NCBI GenBank assembly: GCA_965217035.1
Contig: OZ244226.1
Location: 1,222,146-1,286,145 of the forward strand
Direction of reading: 5' to 3'
Origin: Bacteriovoracaceae bacterium
GTDB lineage: Bacteria > Bdellovibrionota > Bacteriovoracia > Bacteriovoracales > Bacteriovoracaceae
Length of the DNA stretch: 64,000 nt
Shown here: piece by piece, positions 17,153-27,830 of the stretch
Layout: the number at the start of each line of letters is the position of its first letter
How positions within the stretch are numbered: the first letter of the stretch is position 1
The notes under the pieces: model-generated
Databases searched by the model: none
What the model was told of the DNA's origin: nothing
Seen by the model: the letters and a program-made list of their open reading frames with translations, nothing else
Translations under genes and position numbers: made by a program

Positions 17153-19646
17153 CCTTCCTATCACCTTTCTTTTTATCAAATCTTCTCTTAGATCGATTGT
17201 GTTGATAAGGATTATAGTACTTTATCGTCTTATCAGAAAGTAGCTTGTTAAGCTTTTCGACTGCTTCTGCTTTATTTTGATGCAGTTCTATATCATCAAA
17301 AGTAAAATGTTTATTACTAAAGTGACGCGCCAGCCATTGGTAAAGCTCGAGACATTTAATTGCTGTCTCGAGGTAATCGATATTATTCGATGTTGTATCG
17401 ATCATCTCATTATAAATCGGTTGCCCAGCTGCATAACGACTCACAATCGAGTGAAAATATTGAACATGATCAATATTTCCTAAATTCACCGGTGCACAAG
17501 AAAACCCAAAAATTTCAGAATGATCCAAGGAGTTCGTCTGCTCGTTAATCTCTTCAACTGTTTCTGCAATTTCGATCATTTCATCAAGTCGAACGCAATA
17601 AAATGGTTTTGAAAACTCAATAGTATAAAAGAGCCTTAAAAACTCAGAAAACTGAAGAGTTCTTAAAGAGTTTTCTCCTAATGCATTATTAACATTTAGA
17701 AAAAGATCAAGATCTGGACCAACCATTGCCATTTCTCTCATCTCGAGTTCACAATTGAGAGCATCTCTTAGCTTTTCTGTTCCCCCTGTATTCACTTCTC
17801 GTTCAAGATAGGTCACAAATCCTGTAGGGAAACGCTGAAAACGCCCTGCACGACCTGCTATTTGTTTTATTTCACTATCAGTTAAGGGATGTTCTCGAGA
17901 GTTAATAAATTTTGAAAAAGCAGTAAAAACAATTCTTCGAACGGGAAGATTCATACCCATCGAAATTGCATCAGTACTAACAATAATATCAGTCTCACCT
18001 TCATCAAAGCGGCGTGCTTGTTCTCTTCGAACATCAGGGTTGAGCATTCCATAAACAATAGAAACTCTATGCCCAAGTTTTTCTAATTCGACTTTATGCT
18101 TAAGCGCATTTCTTCTTGAAAAAACAATAAGAGCATCACCCTTAACAAGGCTCTCAAGTTTTGTTGAGTTTGGCTCTACTTTAAGATCCGTCATTCTAGT
18201 ATAGTTTTTAATTTCTAATTCATCACCCGTGAGTTTTAAGATTTTCTGCACAAGTTCCAAAGCACTTGGATCTCCACACAGATGAATTTCCTTGGCCTTC
18301 ATATGTACAAGTGCTCTCGTCCAAGCCCACCCTCTTTGGTAATCACCAATCATTTGAATCTCATCGATAACAATACAATCAAAGTCTTGTTGAAGTTTTG
18401 CCATCTCTATCGTTGAAGAAAAGTGAGTCGCTCCAGGATTCTCAATGACTTCTTCCCCCGTCAGAAGAGTTGTATTGACTTTCATATCAGTAAGCTTGTC
18501 ATACACCTCACTCGCCAAGAGTCTCAAGGGAGCTAAGTATGAACCTTTTTCAGCCTTCGAAAGAGCCTGTAAAGCATGATAGGTTTTGCCTGAATTAGTC
18601 GGCCCCATATGATAGATCACTTTTCTATTCAATTTTCTTGCGTCTGAGTAATGCCAGAATTGACCAAGATAGTTTCTTAAAATTGTAGAAGAGATATCTT
18701 TTCTCTTTAATGCCATTAAAGATTCAGTGTGTTTAAGAAATTCTTTCTTAACAACAAAACCAGGTTTCCAAATTTTAATTTTTAAGCGATCGAAAAACTT
18801 TTCAAAATCTTTTTCATCGTAAAAATCAGGCTGAATATGTGGACTCTCACTAATTAAGAAAGCTTTTAACTTCTCACCATAAGTTTTTGTTAATTGATTT
18901 TCTGAACTATAAGCAAGTTTTCTCTCGTTAAATTTCTTTATATCTGTATGAAGTTTATTATAACTCGATTTTCTCAAAGAATAACGACAACTCTTAAGTT
19001 CTTTATCAACAAAACGAATATAACGAGTAATCTTATGAGAAATTTTATCAATAGTACTGTTCAAAATATCATCATAGAGTTCTTCTTCAAGAGAATTATA
19101 TTTCTCCGTGACACTTTCTAAAATACTTTCTCGGACTCTGGTTCTAAAGAGACTCACGCAATCACTGCAACCACAAGTCACTTTATTAGTACGGATATTG
19201 ATCTTACTTGTTTGCCTTAGGAATTCTTGAGTCTTCTTGTGCTGTTCAAAAATCTCTTCCTTCCACTTTGAAAAATAATCGTAATAAGAAGGCATTAAAC
19301 CTTCTTGAAACTCTCCTTCAACAGAGAGATTAAAATAATCATTTTTTCGAAAAAGATTAGGCTCTACAAAACATTTTCTAATGATTTTTTTTTCATCATT
19401 CAAAAATTGAGTCATTTCAAAGTCATTTTCGAATACAGGAATAAAAGTAGGATGCTGTTTTTCAAAATCCTTATAGAAGTTTTTTACAAAATCGATAAGC
19501 TTAAGAACTTCTTCTGCCTGTTCCAGAGTTCTCACTCTCAATCTCAGTTCATCATTTTTCTGATCTTTTAGAATTTTGGCATGATAATCAACGAAATGGT
19601 CTTTGATCTCTAAAATTAATTCATCTGTGATTTCGTAATTGACCAT
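17064..19646 (-). CDS. Suv3/MgpS-like SF2 helicase
   Basis: HMGPTNSGKT, YLAPLRLLA, IDEIQM..D.QRGWAWT, STDAISMGMNL, QIAGRAGR; Arg-rich C-tail. Confidence 0.92.
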   Translation of the reverse strand: MVNYEITDELILEIKDHFVDYHAKILKDQKNDELRLRVRTLEQAEEVLKLIDFVKNFYKDFEKQHPTFIPVFENDFEMTQFLNDEKKIIRKCFVEPNLFRKNDYFNLSVEGEFQEGLMPSYYDYFSKWKEEIFEQHKKTQEFLRQTSKINIRTNKVTCGCSDCVSLFRTRVRESILESVTEKYNSLEEELYDDILNSTIDKISHKITRYIRFVDKELKSCRYSLRKSSYNKLHTDIKKFNERKLAYSSENQLTKTYGEKLKAFLISESPHIQPDFYDEKDFEKFFDRLKIKIWKPGFVVKKEFLKHTESLMALKRKDISSTILRNYLGQFWHYSDARKLNRKVIYHMGPTNSGKTYHALQALSKAEKGSYLAPLRLLASEVYDKLTDMKVNTTLLTGEEVIENPGATHFSSTIEMAKLQQDFDCIVIDEIQMIGDYQRGWAWTRALVHMKAKEIHLCGDPSALELVQKILKLTGDELEIKNYTRMTDLKVEPNSTKLESLVKGDALIVFSRRNALKHKVELEKLGHRVSIVYGMLNPDVRREQARRFDEGETDIIVSTDAISMGMNLPVRRIVFTAFSKFINSREHPLTDSEIKQIAGRAGRFQRFPTGFVTYLEREVNTGGTEKLRDALNCELEMREMAMVGPDLDLFLNVNNALGENSLRTLQFSEFLRLFYTIEFSKPFYCVRLDEMIEIAETVEEINEQTNSLDHSEIFGFSCAPVNLGNIDHVQYFHSIVSRYAAGQPIYNEMIDTTSNNIDYLETAIKCLELYQWLARHFSNKHFTFDDIELHQNKAEAVEKLNKLLSDKTIKYYNPYQHNRSKRRFDKKKGDRKGETKRSRSRNSRGRRPPKQDGKPKRRRRR

Positions 19647-20320
19647 TAAATATCTTCTACATCATACTTCAATGACCATTTAGAGTTTTGAATTTTTTGG
19701 TCTTGAATATTATATAATTTTAACTTTGAATCTATATCCTGAAGCTTCATCTTTGATAAGTTTATTTCCTTTTCAGCATCCTTATCATCTAATCCTAGTT
19801 TTTCGATAGCATCCTTCCACTCAATTTTTAAAGCATTCATCTTAGATTCATACTCAGTATCAAGAATTTCTTTTCTCTGACCTTGATTTTTCATCCGATT
19901 TTGTAGACGATAAATCTTGTTTTTGAGAATCATTCTCTTCTTTAGAAGAATATCAACAACCTCTTCTGCCATCGTCAAATTGATTGCTAAGTCTTTACTA
20001 TTAATTTTTAAATAAGACCCTTTAACCATTCCTACATACTTTGAACATTTTGAAAAATCAGGAACTCGAATTTTTAATTGCCTGAAAGTTCCTTTTTGAA
20101 CAATCCCTCGACATTTAAAACTAGGATTCAACTCGTTAAAGAAAAAAACTTCGTCATTCCTTTTAAAAAATTTAATATTAGAATTCTTTGATTCTAAAAG
20201 CATCGATTTGCTTTTAGAATCAACATCACGAACCTTAGTCATAAAACTTAAATCATCTCTTCGAGTCTGAGAGAATAACTGAAAACTTAGTGCTATAACC
20301 AACAGCGCGTACCGGCCCAT
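19646..20320 (-). CDS. Secreted hypothetical protein with C-terminal coiled coil
   Basis: Signal peptide; heptad-rich C-terminal half; 1-nt overlap with the helicase start. Confidence 0.6.
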   Translation of the reverse strand: MGRYALLVIALSFQLFSQTRRDDLSFMTKVRDVDSKSKSMLLESKNSNIKFFKRNDEVFFFNELNPSFKCRGIVQKGTFRQLKIRVPDFSKCSKYVGMVKGSYLKINSKDLAINLTMAEEVVDILLKKRMILKNKIYRLQNRMKNQGQRKEILDTEYESKMNALKIEWKDAIEKLGLDDKDAEKEINLSKMKLQDIDSKLKLYNIQDQKIQNSKWSLKYDVEDI

Positions 20321-20329
20321 ATAAAAAGC

Positions 20330-21238
20330 CTAGCACATCATTGTCGAAATAGCTCCTTTTCCGATTCCTTCATAAGCAAGAACCTGAATATTCTCACCCT
20401 TACGAGCATGCTTATCACGAATTAACTGACAAAAATGAATGGATAAGTTCTCAACAGTCGTTTCAGCTGGAGTCATATAGACAATATTTCCAGGAATTTT
20501 TGCTTCGAACTCCCCTTGATTTGAAATGTATCGAATATGGACAACGGGAGTATTCTCAAGCCGACCTATGACTGTGTTCTTTTCTTCATTTTTAAGAATT
20601 TCTTCCTTATTGACCACATTTTCCCATAAGCAAAAATGAATATTAGAAGAAAAATACTCCTGAGCAAGTAAAGCCTCTTTTTCAGGATCTCTTTCTCCAT
20701 TAATAAAAACTTTAATAGTGCTTCTGTGACCATGGATGAGTCTCTGGCAATTACCATAATGTTCTTTCAAACCATGAGTGTAATGAAAATAAGTAGAGTT
20801 ATTGAGATCTTCTTCACTTCTTAAAGTCAGTTTCACGGCTGCAATTGTATCAGGCATCTCTTTCATAACGACTTGCTCTAGATAAGTTGTAAGGGTTTGA
20901 TCTGTTACTGTATCAAAAGGAATGGCACAAAAAGCCTCTTCGGGTCCCCAGTACTCTAATGATGTATCCGAATAACCATATTCATAAATAAACTTAAATT
21001 TCTTATTGTCCTCTTGCACAGTATCCGCCGGAACAACAAACCTATGATCACAGTCTCTATCAATAATTTCTTTTACCTTTTTTTTCGCATGGGAGAAATC
21101 ATAAACCACTCCCTCTTCATTCGTCTTACCAATGAATTCCACATCAACATATTGAGAATGACCGATAGGCCCTTTGTGCTCATCAAGGTATGCATAATCG
21201 AGAACAGTAACATTTTGATAAAAAAGAGAAATTTTCAT
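20330..21238 (-). CDS. Tandem-domain 6-carboxytetrahydropterin synthase (QueD/PTPS-like)
   Basis: VYDF..AKK.VKE.ID..CDH, HGLKEHYGNCQRLIHGH, ETTVENL; start moved to ATG 21238 (MKISLF), just after the upstream stop. Confidence 0.75.
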   Translation of the reverse strand: MKISLFYQNVTVLDYAYLDEHKGPIGHSQYVDVEFIGKTNEEGVVYDFSHAKKKVKEIIDRDCDHRFVVPADTVQEDNKKFKFIYEYGYSDTSLEYWGPEEAFCAIPFDTVTDQTLTTYLEQVVMKEMPDTIAAVKLTLRSEEDLNNSTYFHYTHGLKEHYGNCQRLIHGHRSTIKVFINGERDPEKEALLAQEYFSSNIHFCLWENVVNKEEILKNEEKNTVIGRLENTPVVHIRYISNQGEFEAKIPGNIVYMTPAETTVENLSIHFCQLIRDKHARKGENIQVLAYEGIGKGAISTMMC

Positions 21239-21239
21239 A

Positions 21240-21929
21240 TTAATCCTTGGGCTTCTGAATGATGATACTTGATGTGTAATTATCGAGATGAAGTGGTTCT
21301 TCAAATTTAAGAATTTTAAAACCTTCAAACAGATCAAAGAGCTCTCCATCTTTTAGGTAATAAGATTCAGAGGCTGCTTTCTTTGCCTCTTTTGCTCTTT
21401 GCTTAATATTGAAAGCTTCGAAAATAATATGACCGCCTGGTTTCAACCATTTTGTCATTTTTTCTATTAAAGAACGATCAACATAATAGAAGCAAATAAT
21501 AGAATCAAAAGCACTTTCCCCGAAGTCATAATCATTAAGACTCGCAACCACTGTCTTGATTTTAACTTTAAACTCCTTAGCAAGGAGTTGTGCTTTTTTT
21601 ACAGCAACACTACTGATATCGATTCCCGTAACTTTATAACCTTTTTTCGCGAGAAAAACAGCATTCCTTCCTTCTCCCATCCCCATATCGAGGACAGAAG
21701 AACCGTAGGGAAGAAAATGATAATTCTGTGAAATGAATCGGGCTGGTGCTTTGCCGTAAACAAACTGAGATCGGTTATAAAGTTGATCCCACATAGACTT
21801 TGTGTCGCTAGTAAGCTTTTTACCTGTCAGCTGCTCAAACCGAGAAGCCGGAACAGGCTTTCGTCCAAAAGCTGTACTTGAAATGATTAAGACAAACAGT
21901 AAATATCTCACAGTGCATACATACCGCAT
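21240..21929 (-). CDS. Class I SAM-dependent methyltransferase (TehB-like)
   Basis: VLDMGMGEGRNAVFLAKKGYKVTGIDIS, FDSII, LKPGG. Confidence 0.88.
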   Translation of the reverse strand: MRYVCTVRYLLFVLIISSTAFGRKPVPASRFEQLTGKKLTSDTKSMWDQLYNRSQFVYGKAPARFISQNYHFLPYGSSVLDMGMGEGRNAVFLAKKGYKVTGIDISSVAVKKAQLLAKEFKVKIKTVVASLNDYDFGESAFDSIICFYYVDRSLIEKMTKWLKPGGHIIFEAFNIKQRAKEAKKAASESYYLKDGELFDLFEGFKILKFEEPLHLDNYTSSIIIQKPKD

Positions 21930-21984
21930 CTCAACTCTTCTTCAAAGATCAATTTGCAACACACAGCAATATTCTAGAAAAATT

Positions 21985-22407
21985 CTAGCGAATTTCTAAG
22001 TAACTGAACTCATTTCCTGAAATTGTTAACGCTAGGATTTCAACTATTTTCTTGTGAGAAATAGGAAGATCAACCTTGAGGTAGTTTTTGATCTTAGAAT
22101 GGTTGAAGAAGTTTAATTGGGGAAAACTCGTAAAATGGAAGAGTGAAAAGTTATCAGACGTTACCATCCTTCTTAAAATATTCTTTCGAGTTGTCGTGAA
22201 CCAGTTCTTAGATTGCATTCCATCAGTAAAAATAATGACTGGAGTTTTGCTACCTTTGTTTAATTTATTAAATTGAAACATTTGTTCCCAGTTAACAGGG
22301 ACTAAAGTCATCCCTTGTTTAGCAAATGCCTTCGCTAGACCAAGATAATTATGGCTTTTCTTTCCTGAGATTTCTAAATAGAGAATGATATCCGAGTAGT
22401 TCTTCAT
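21985..22407 (-). CDS. Hypothetical protein
   Basis: 140-aa ORF with an upstream sigma28-like promoter. Confidence 0.55.
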   Translation of the reverse strand: MKNYSDIILYLEISGKKSHNYLGLAKAFAKQGMTLVPVNWEQMFQFNKLNKGSKTPVIIFTDGMQSKNWFTTTRKNILRRMVTSDNFSLFHFTSFPQLNFFNHSKIKNYLKVDLPISHKKIVEILALTISGNEFSYLEIR

Positions 22408-22414
22408 ATGAACT

Positions 22415-22442
22415 TTATCGGATAAAAGAACTTAGTCGATGA
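22415..22442 (-). promoter_or_regulatory. Putative sigma28 (FliA)-type promoter
   Basis: TCATC-N15-TCCGATAA just upstream of ATG 22407. Confidence 0.55.
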
Positions 22443-23442
22443 TTTTAAGAAGCCCGAGATGAAAATTTTTCCCGAACAAAAGCATGATCATTAAACCGAA
22501 GAGAAAAGAAACGAGAAAGGATCCCGTTCCTCCCCCTCCTGTCCGGTTGATATCCTCGATTGTGCCGCAGCTGGGAAGGGTAGTACTTGAGTTTTGTTCT
22601 TGGGAACTCAAGAGTTCCCAATATGCTGGATCTGAGCTAGAGCCTGATTGTCTCATTCCCATTTCGGTGTGAATGTAGCTAACCCCTGCAACGTCATCGA
22701 GTTTTATGGACTGGTTACTATAGGGTCCAAGTCTTATGGCAGCAGACATTATGGAACTTGCATCATCGGAATGATCCAACCCTATAGTATGACCCAGTTC
22801 GTGTACTAAAATTTTTACGAGATCACTCTTTGGAAGATTGAGATAAAGCGTGTTCATGAGAATTTCCACTTGAGCGATAAGAGGGATAACTGCCCTTCTT
22901 ACCGTAACAGCTAAGTACTGCGATCCTTGTAAACCTGTGTTGAGCTGAAAATTCTGATCCCATCTCACAAGATTTTTACCTGAAGTTCCAGTTGATACAG
23001 GAGCATCCATTCTCCAAAAATCCAAATCAGGCGTTGTTAATGTCCACTGTTGAATCGCTTCATCAAGAGCCCATTGAAGATCGTCAATCTTTTGAGAATC
23101 TATGGCAGGATCATCCAAAACACTTAAAGCAATTGGGAATTCTTGCCAATAAAAGCCCTCTCTAAAATCTGTCGTTAAATTAAAAGTCCATCCATTGGTA
23201 CTAAAAATTAACAAAAGAGCTAAAGCAAACACAAAAAGCTTAGATACAAGGAGAAGACGATTCAGTCGCGGAGGCTTACTTCCTAGTTGTCTCCGCATCC
23301 TGCTTCGACAGTCTCTTTTCGAGACACCACAACTCGGACTCCTGCCCTCGTTGAGTCGCACAAGTGAGATCGCTTTCTTCGACGATGTAGATAACTTTTT
23401 GGGAAAGCTTTTAAATGGAAAAAAACTTCCAGGCGTTAACAT
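22432..23442 (-). CDS. Matrixin-family (M10/metzincin) zinc metalloprotease with C-terminal membrane anchor; start uncertain (23442 or 23298)
   Basis: HELGHTIGLDH zinc motif, SIM Met-turn, signal-like hydrophobic stretch, C-terminal Gly-rich + TM. Confidence 0.85.
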   Translation of the reverse strand: MLTPGSFFPFKSFPKKLSTSSKKAISLVRLNEGRSPSCGVSKRDCRSRMRRQLGSKPPRLNRLLLVSKLFVFALALLLIFSTNGWTFNLTTDFREGFYWQEFPIALSVLDDPAIDSQKIDDLQWALDEAIQQWTLTTPDLDFWRMDAPVSTGTSGKNLVRWDQNFQLNTGLQGSQYLAVTVRRAVIPLIAQVEILMNTLYLNLPKSDLVKILVHELGHTIGLDHSDDASSIMSAAIRLGPYSNQSIKLDDVAGVSYIHTEMGMRQSGSSSDPAYWELLSSQEQNSSTTLPSCGTIEDINRTGGGGTGSFLVSFLFGLMIMLLFGKNFHLGLLKIID

Positions 23443-23496
23443 GATGTTCTTCCTTGAACTCGTTTAAAAAAGAGATTCCTTCTCTTCTTTTGCTAA
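23260..23496 (-). ncRNA. Candidate Csr/Rsm-type GGA-hairpin RNA (5' leader or sRNA)
   Basis: Five GGA motifs in hairpin loops downstream of a sigma54 promoter; see findings. Confidence 0.4.
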
Positions 23497-23506
23497 TTAA
23501 CTATAT

Positions 23507-23523
23507 TGCACTTCTCGTGCCAA
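23507..23523 (-). promoter_or_regulatory. Sigma54 (RpoN) -24/-12 promoter
   Basis: TTGGCACGAGAAGTGCA versus consensus TGGCACGNNNNTTGCW, exact GG-N10-GC spacing. Confidence 0.8.
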
Positions 23524-23596
23524 CTTTAAGTACCTGAAAAAACGTTTCAGGGTGTCTTCTGGGAGACAAGCTGACCCTTTTCTGGGGTCAGCTTAC

Positions 23597-23623
23597 AAAA
23601 AAAGGGAGGCATAAAGCCTCCCT
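23597..23623 (-). terminator. Rho-independent terminator of groESL
   Basis: Minus strand GGGAGGC-TTTAT-GCCTCCC followed by T7, 28 nt after the groEL stop. Confidence 0.9.
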
Positions 23624-23650
23624 CAAATATGAATCAATTTCAGATTGAAA

Positions 23651-25312
<1,662 letters not shown>

Positions 25313-25323
25313 TTATAATTTGC

Positions 25324-25611
25324 TTATTCTAAAACACCGAGGATGTCGTCTTCTTTCATAATGATGAATTCATTACCTTCGACTTTGACCTCTGTTCCTG
25401 AGTACTTCCCAAACAGAACTTTGTCTCCAGCTTTAACATCTAAAGCACGAACATTTCCATCATTAAGTCTGTAACCAGAGCCTACAGCAACGATCTCACC
25501 TTGAGCTGGTTTCTCTTTGTGGTTGTCTGGAATAATGATTCCACCTGCTGTTTTTGTTTCTTCTTCGAGCCTCTTAATTAAAACTCTGTCTTGTAACGGT
25601 CTTACGCCCAT
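25324..25611 (-). CDS. groES: Co-chaperonin GroES
   Basis: [41 protein letters not shown]. Confidence 0.99.
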   Translation of the reverse strand: MGVRPLQDRVLIKRLEEETKTAGGIIIPDNHKEKPAQGEIVAVGSGYRLNDGNVRALDVKAGDKVLFGKYSGTEVKVEGNEFIIMKEDDILGVLE

Positions 25612-25661
25612 GGGGGTCCTCCTTATAACTGACTATCTCTGTATAAAAATTCAACGAGCTT

Positions 25662-25689
25662 AAGATAGTATGGGTGAGATTTATGTCAA
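25662..25689 (-). promoter_or_regulatory. Putative sigma70-type promoter of groESL
   Basis: TTGACA-N16-TATCTT upstream of groES. Confidence 0.45.
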
Positions 25690-25739
25690 GGGTACGAAGG
25701 CTTAAGATAACCAATAAAAATGATACGCCAAGCGTTAAA

Positions 25740-25767
25740 TTAAGGAAATTAGTACAAATTCCGATTC
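25740..25767 (+). promoter_or_regulatory. Putative sigma28 (FliA)-type promoter
   Basis: TTAAG-N15-TCCGATTC, 10 nt before ATG 25778. Confidence 0.65.
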
Positions 25768-25777
25768 AGATAGAGTT

Positions 25778-26341
25778 ATGAGCGAAAAAAGCACCAAAAG
25801 GCCCTCATTTTGGAAACGTAAATACTATATAAATCCTGAATTTCAGGGCAGTTTCATCCAAATGGTAATTGGTACTGCATTGTTGATCAATTTGGTTCTT
25901 TATGGGGCCAATATTTTTATTTTCTATAAATTCAACGCTTATGGTGAATCGCTCAACTTCGATCAGAAAAGAGAATTCTACAACTTTTTTCAAAGCCAAA
26001 TTCTCTCACTTAATAAAGTCTTTCTTATTTGTGGAGGGATCGTTTTTGGAATTCTTGTGGTCTATGGACTTCTAATGTCTCATAAGGTTGCCGGACCCCT
26101 TCAAAATCTCAAAAACCAATTAAAGTATATTCAGAAATTAGAAGATCTCGACAATGTTCACACTCTTCAATCAACACATTTCCGTAAAACAGATTACTTC
26201 CAAGATATGGCCGATGAATATAATAAAGCCCTCAAACAAATTCAACAATTACAATGGAACTCGCAAAAAGAGAATGTTGTTAATTTGCATGATGTAGAAG
26301 AGGAAGACGATAATGTTATTCCAATTAGCAAAGCTTCTTAA
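25778..26341 (+). CDS. Two-TM membrane protein with HAMP-like segment (stand-alone sensor-like)
   Basis: RKYYINPEFQ N-motif, two TMs, SHKVAGPL..L...L ..FRKTDYFQDMA..YN HAMP-like pattern, no output domain. Confidence 0.65.
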   Translation: MSEKSTKRPSFWKRKYYINPEFQGSFIQMVIGTALLINLVLYGANIFIFYKFNAYGESLNFDQKREFYNFFQSQILSLNKVFLICGGIVFGILVVYGLLMSHKVAGPLQNLKNQLKYIQKLEDLDNVHTLQSTHFRKTDYFQDMADEYNKALKQIQQLQWNSQKENVVNLHDVEEEDDNVIPISKAS

Positions 26342-26949
26342 AGTTCAATCGACCTTTGTTTCGAAAGCTCTATTGACTCAATTAATTTCTTCCCATTGTA
26401 GATTTCAAAATAAGAAATTCTAATATTGCTTAAACCCCTGATTACAAACCGAGCTGTATCGAAGCTTCTAGAAACTACTTTTCCACCTTTCATGATGTAG
26501 TTATCAACCCTACCCGATGAATGATCGTAAACAGATTTCAAGTCAATAACATTATAATGTGGTTCTCTTTGGCTTTTTCCAAGTTTTTTGATTACACCAA
26601 CTTCATATTCAAAAAAAGTTTTATCTTTTGTTTTGCTTTCTTTATTAATTTTTAAAATAAGAATATCTTGATCAGTTAGCCTATTTGCAATCATCGAAAT
26701 GAAAGCTCCGGAATCAAAAAGTCCATAAAAGTTATTTTTAAGATTTGAGATATAATAGTCTTCGTCGTAACCAGATTTTAACTCAAAAAGAAGTTTATCA
26801 AAACCTGTTTTACTAGAGTTTTCTCGAAGTTCAATTTTACCTTTTTGCGAGATAAGACCGTATTTAACCTTCACGTTCATCATCTTTATATTCTCTGCAA
26901 AGAGACTAATTGAAAGTAATGAAAAAATCCCGATAACTAATTTGCGCAA
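26338..26949 (-). CDS. Secreted hypothetical protein
   Basis: Signal peptide (…SLFA), 203 aa. Confidence 0.6.
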   Translation of the reverse strand: MRKLVIGIFSLLSISLFAENIKMMNVKVKYGLISQKGKIELRENSSKTGFDKLLFELKSGYDEDYYISNLKNNFYGLFDSGAFISMIANRLTDQDILILKINKESKTKDKTFFEYEVGVIKKLGKSQREPHYNVIDLKSVYDHSSGRVDNYIMKGGKVVSRSFDTARFVIRGLSNIRISYFEIYNGKKLIESIELSKQRSIEL

Positions 26950-26967
26950 AATAACCCTCCAGAGGTT

Positions 26968-27636
26968 TTACTCTTCGCAAAAGTTTTCGTTACTCCTATT
27001 TTCGTTCTTTAAGATTTTCTCTTTATGGGCTTCACATCTACTGAGTGTTTGCTCCAGAACGTTGCGAAGAATGTCTTCATCTCTATCCAGTGAAGCCAAT
27101 GTTGCAGTTGAGCTTGAAGCTTGTTCTGAGTTCATCGACTGGTAGATCTTATTTCTTTCAACTTCGATTTCAGAAAGAGATTTAAAGTTTACAGTCCCAA
27201 CCGTAAAAGACTTACTCTCGGCCTCATCATCATCTTGAGAGATATAACGAGTTTTTCTGTAATCGTCCTTATCATAAATACCTTTTCTATGAATCATTCC
27301 GAAATAACTCACATCTTTGGCTTGATAAAAATCAACTTTTTGGCAAAGCCTATATTCTAAACCAACCCAAACTTTGTATTTCCTATTCTCAGGACCAGAG
27401 TTCGGACGTTGGTCAATCTTAACTTCACAAGAGCCCATTTCAACAACGCTGAAGGTACTCTTATCAACCACTGGAGTTAATTTCGAGTGGTGCTTCTCTT
27501 TGTGAAGAAGAAAACCCTTTGTTTTAGAATCTTTTTTCATCGATTCAGTAGAGGATTTATCTAAATCCAATCCCACTTTTGCGGATAATTGCCCAGCGCT
27601 AAAAGCGATAAGCACAACCAAGATTGCTTTTCTCAT
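26968..27636 (-). CDS. Secreted hypothetical protein
   Basis: Signal peptide MRKAILVVLIAFSAGQLSA from ATG 27636, preceded by SD AGGGAG. Confidence 0.65.
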   Translation of the reverse strand: MRKAILVVLIAFSAGQLSAKVGLDLDKSSTESMKKDSKTKGFLLHKEKHHSKLTPVVDKSTFSVVEMGSCEVKIDQRPNSGPENRKYKVWVGLEYRLCQKVDFYQAKDVSYFGMIHRKGIYDKDDYRKTRYISQDDDEAESKSFTVGTVNFKSLSEIEVERNKIYQSMNSEQASSSTATLASLDRDEDILRNVLEQTLSRCEAHKEKILKNENRSNENFCEE

Positions 27637-27800
27637 AGCAAACTCCCTATAAATGCACATATCCGTATGTTTTTTGAACGCATTGCATCTTACCGTAGTT
27701 GCTGATTTTTCTCAATAAAGTATGAAATTATTACTGCCAATGGGGCTCTACAACTGATAATGAGTTTTCAGATGATAAAGCACACTTCAATCAAAGTTCG

Positions 27801-27830
27801 AGTGCAAAAACAGCTCTTTTTGCACTTTTT
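27801..27830. terminator. Hairpin downstream of polA (possible terminator)
   Basis: AGTGCAAAAA-CAGCTC-TTTTTGCACT perfect 10-bp stem; the T-run is on the + strand side. Confidence 0.5.

Noticed and set aside
27723..27741. Second sigma54 promoter (minus strand TTGGCAGTAATAATTTCA)
   Set aside because: Lacks the -12 GC at the required spacing.
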